From: Phyllosticta citribraziliensis
Lineage: Eukaryota
DNA: 35,376 bases
Assembly (NCBI RefSeq): GCF_038025025.1
Contig: NW_027117356.1
Location: 1-35,376, forward strand
Direction: 5' to 3'
Shown here piece after piece: positions 33,118-35,376 of the stretch. The notes under the pieces were generated by a model. That model was given only the letters and a program-made list of their open reading frames with translations, was not told where the DNA came from and did no database searches. How positions within the stretch are numbered: the stretch's first letter is position 1; each line of letters begins with the position of its first letter. A program made the position numbers and the translations under genes.

Positions 33118-35376
33118 ATGTTCAGCGCCAGGCGTTCGCTCTGGTCTACAATACACCTGGTCCTTTTGGCAGGTCTCTCTTCATCTGTTGAAGTAGATAA
33201 CGATCAAGTCATGTGAGTGCTTCTGCTTTGTCTTTTGATTTTTTTCAGCCACGATTCATGCACTGCAACAGGGCTTCGTCGTGGAACAGAGTAGACTCTG
33301 TGCCATCGACTCAAGCAACTCAGACTCAGTGGCTCAATTTTCAATATCTGGCCTTTGTTTTCAGTGCCACAAGCGGGCAACGGATCTGACAGCAATCAGC
33401 GCGAAGGACATCCATCCGACTAGCGTTCAAACAAACTCGACCTCTGGTTCCCTACCTTATTCAGATTCATCGACTGTCTCTCTGAGTAGATCAAATTCGT
33501 CAATCGTGCTTGACTATGGCACCGAAAGTGCCGGCTTCCCCTTCTTTGAGGTGTCAAACGTTTCATCTGCCGGTGTTCAAATCGAGTTGAGGTACTCGGA
33601 GGCCAAGGTCTACCTTGACCAACCCCACGCAGACGGACCATGGACCTTTTCAAATGGATTGAGCAACTCGTTCCGAGTCGAGACTTTCAACGTCACCACC
33701 CCAGGTCGAGTGCAGTCGTTTTTCATCCAAGGCGGCTTGAGGTGGCAAGGTATCAAAGTCTTGACCGACGGCAGCATCTCAATCTCGCGTGTCGGTCTTG
33801 CTTCAACTAGCGACAATACGCCGCTCGAAGATCTCCCCGGCTATTTCGAATCATCCAACGAGACTTTGAACCAAATCTGGGGCCTGGGTGCTCGGGCATC
33901 TCAGCAAGCGTGCATTGCCAACGGCTCCGCACCATCGACGTGGGAAATCACCGACCAAGGAGCATTCGTTCGCGGCCAAGCGCCGGCCCAATCTGCTCTT
34001 GGACCGAACTTCAGCAACTACACCCTCTCTTTCATTACCAAGATTGTTCGCGGCGGCACGGGATGGCGCGTTGCTTCTGGCGTGAATGGCTACGGTCCCT
34101 ATTTGGTTCTGACGAGCGAGTACCCGGATGGGACGTTTGTCAACACTAATCGCACTCTCCTGCCACCTAATACGCTTGTTACTGGGTTTGGCTACTCCAT
34201 TGTCAATCAAACCACCCTGACAACTGGTCCAGTCGTCCAGTATCCGGTGAATTTGGATGTCAAGGAAAACCAGTGGTATCGTATTTCTACCACAATCAAT
34301 GCCACTGGGTATTCAGTCACCATCAATGGAAGCAGTCCAGTATTCGTTTCAAACGCCAACACCCTCTCTGACTGGACAACGACTCTCGGAGCCACTGGAG
34401 ATCCAACGCTGGGAACATGGGGCTTTGGGCCGTTTCAAGACCAAGAAGCATATGTGCGAGACGTTGCTGTCACGGCAAGCAACGGCACGACTCTCTACCA
34501 GAATGCAATGACGGATGAAGCGACCCTGCTAGAGTACGGCGTTGGTCACAACACGCACTCTGTCTGTCTCGATGGCGCAAAACGCGACCGCTTGGTGTGG
34601 TCAGGCGACTTTCTCCACACGGCCTTCATTCTCGGCCACTCGACCAACCGCACCGACTTCCTGTCCGAGAGCCTGTCCTTCCTGCTGGACTGGCGAGGAC
34701 CCGCGGGCTCGCCCTACGCCAATCTCGCCGGCATGTCGCCCAAGCTGGGCTCGTCGCCCGAGTACATCGACGCCTTTGCAGACGCCTACGCCCTGCTGGA
34801 CTACCAGTTCTTGTTCCTCGCCGCGGCGGGAGAGTACTACCAGCACTACGGCGACGCGGCGCTCCCCGCGCTGCGCTCGCACTGGGCCGAGCTGAAGGAT
34901 CTGGTTGCTGCCATCCTGCCTCTCGTCAACGATGCGACCGGCCTCATCAGCACGTCGGCCTCGCTGCCAGGCGCCTTCTTCCTCGGCGCCTCCAACGGCA
35001 CCGCGCCCTCGGCCGCCTTCGTCTACGCGCTGCGCAGCATCTCCGCCGTCGCGGCCGCTGTCGGCGACGAAGACAGCGCAATGAGTTGGACAGCCACCGC
35101 GTCTACCGTCGCTGATGCCATCAACTCGCTGCTCTGGGACCCCGTGCGCGGCACCTACGCTATAGACATCACCAGCCGGTCCAACTCGTCGTCCGTCTCG
35201 GGCACCGCCTTCGCCATCCTCTCTGGCACTGCGAACGAGACACAAGCGGCGTCCGCCGTCGCCGCGCTGCCCGCCCTGCGCTGCGGCGTCGGCTTCAAAG
35301 ACTCGTCCGCGACCGAGTGCACGAGCACGACGCAGATCTCGCCCAACACCAACGGCTTCCTGTTGGTGGTCCTGTG
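33118..35376 (+). CDS. Secreted GH78 alpha-L-rhamnosidase-like protein (partial, runs off the window end)
   Basis: Exon 1 at 33118-33212 encodes a signal peptide (MFSARRSLWSTIHLVLLAGLSSS). The intron is 33213-33399 (GTGAGT..CTGAC..CAG). The following open frame has LDYGTE.AGFP, QGG.RWQ, GYFESSNETLNQIW, WGFGPFQDQ, CLDGAKRDRLVWSGD and ISPNTNGF. Confidence 0.9.

Noticed and set aside
1..35376. CRISPR arrays, rRNA or tRNA genes, prokaryotic Argonaute system
   Set aside because: The DNA is eukaryotic and intron-containing, no spaced direct repeats or RNA-gene signatures were seen, and the Argonaute is of the eukaryotic fungal type.

Overview
Filamentous ascomycete (Pezizomycotina) genomic DNA, inferred from GT-AG introns with CTRAC branch sites and from RIP. 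Bases 1-~4260 are a heavily RIP-mutated Ty1/copia LTR retrotransposon on the minus strand (5' LTR, half-tRNA-iMet PBS, gag, integrase, RT; its 3' end lies outside the window). From ~5.0 to 15.7 kb is a birth-and-death array of about seven paralogous small F-box genes. Three are clearly intact, one has an uncertain 3' end, and three are degenerate, two of those being hidden across frames or below the ORF-track cutoff. The five fuller copies pair the F-box with a CxxC...CxxC zinc finger, several share a conserved upstream block, and a DHA1 MFS transporter sits at the point where the array changes strand. Next comes a single-ORF QDE-2-type Argonaute with an intact DEDD tetrad. The rest is a GH81 endo-1,3-beta-glucanase, UTP14 divergent from mitochondrial mL41 (MRPL27), a probable pseudogene and a partial secreted GH78 alpha-L-rhamnosidase. 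The main hypothesis is that the zinc finger resembles the Stc1 type, so the array could encode SCF adaptors linked to the adjacent Argonaute; this is untested.
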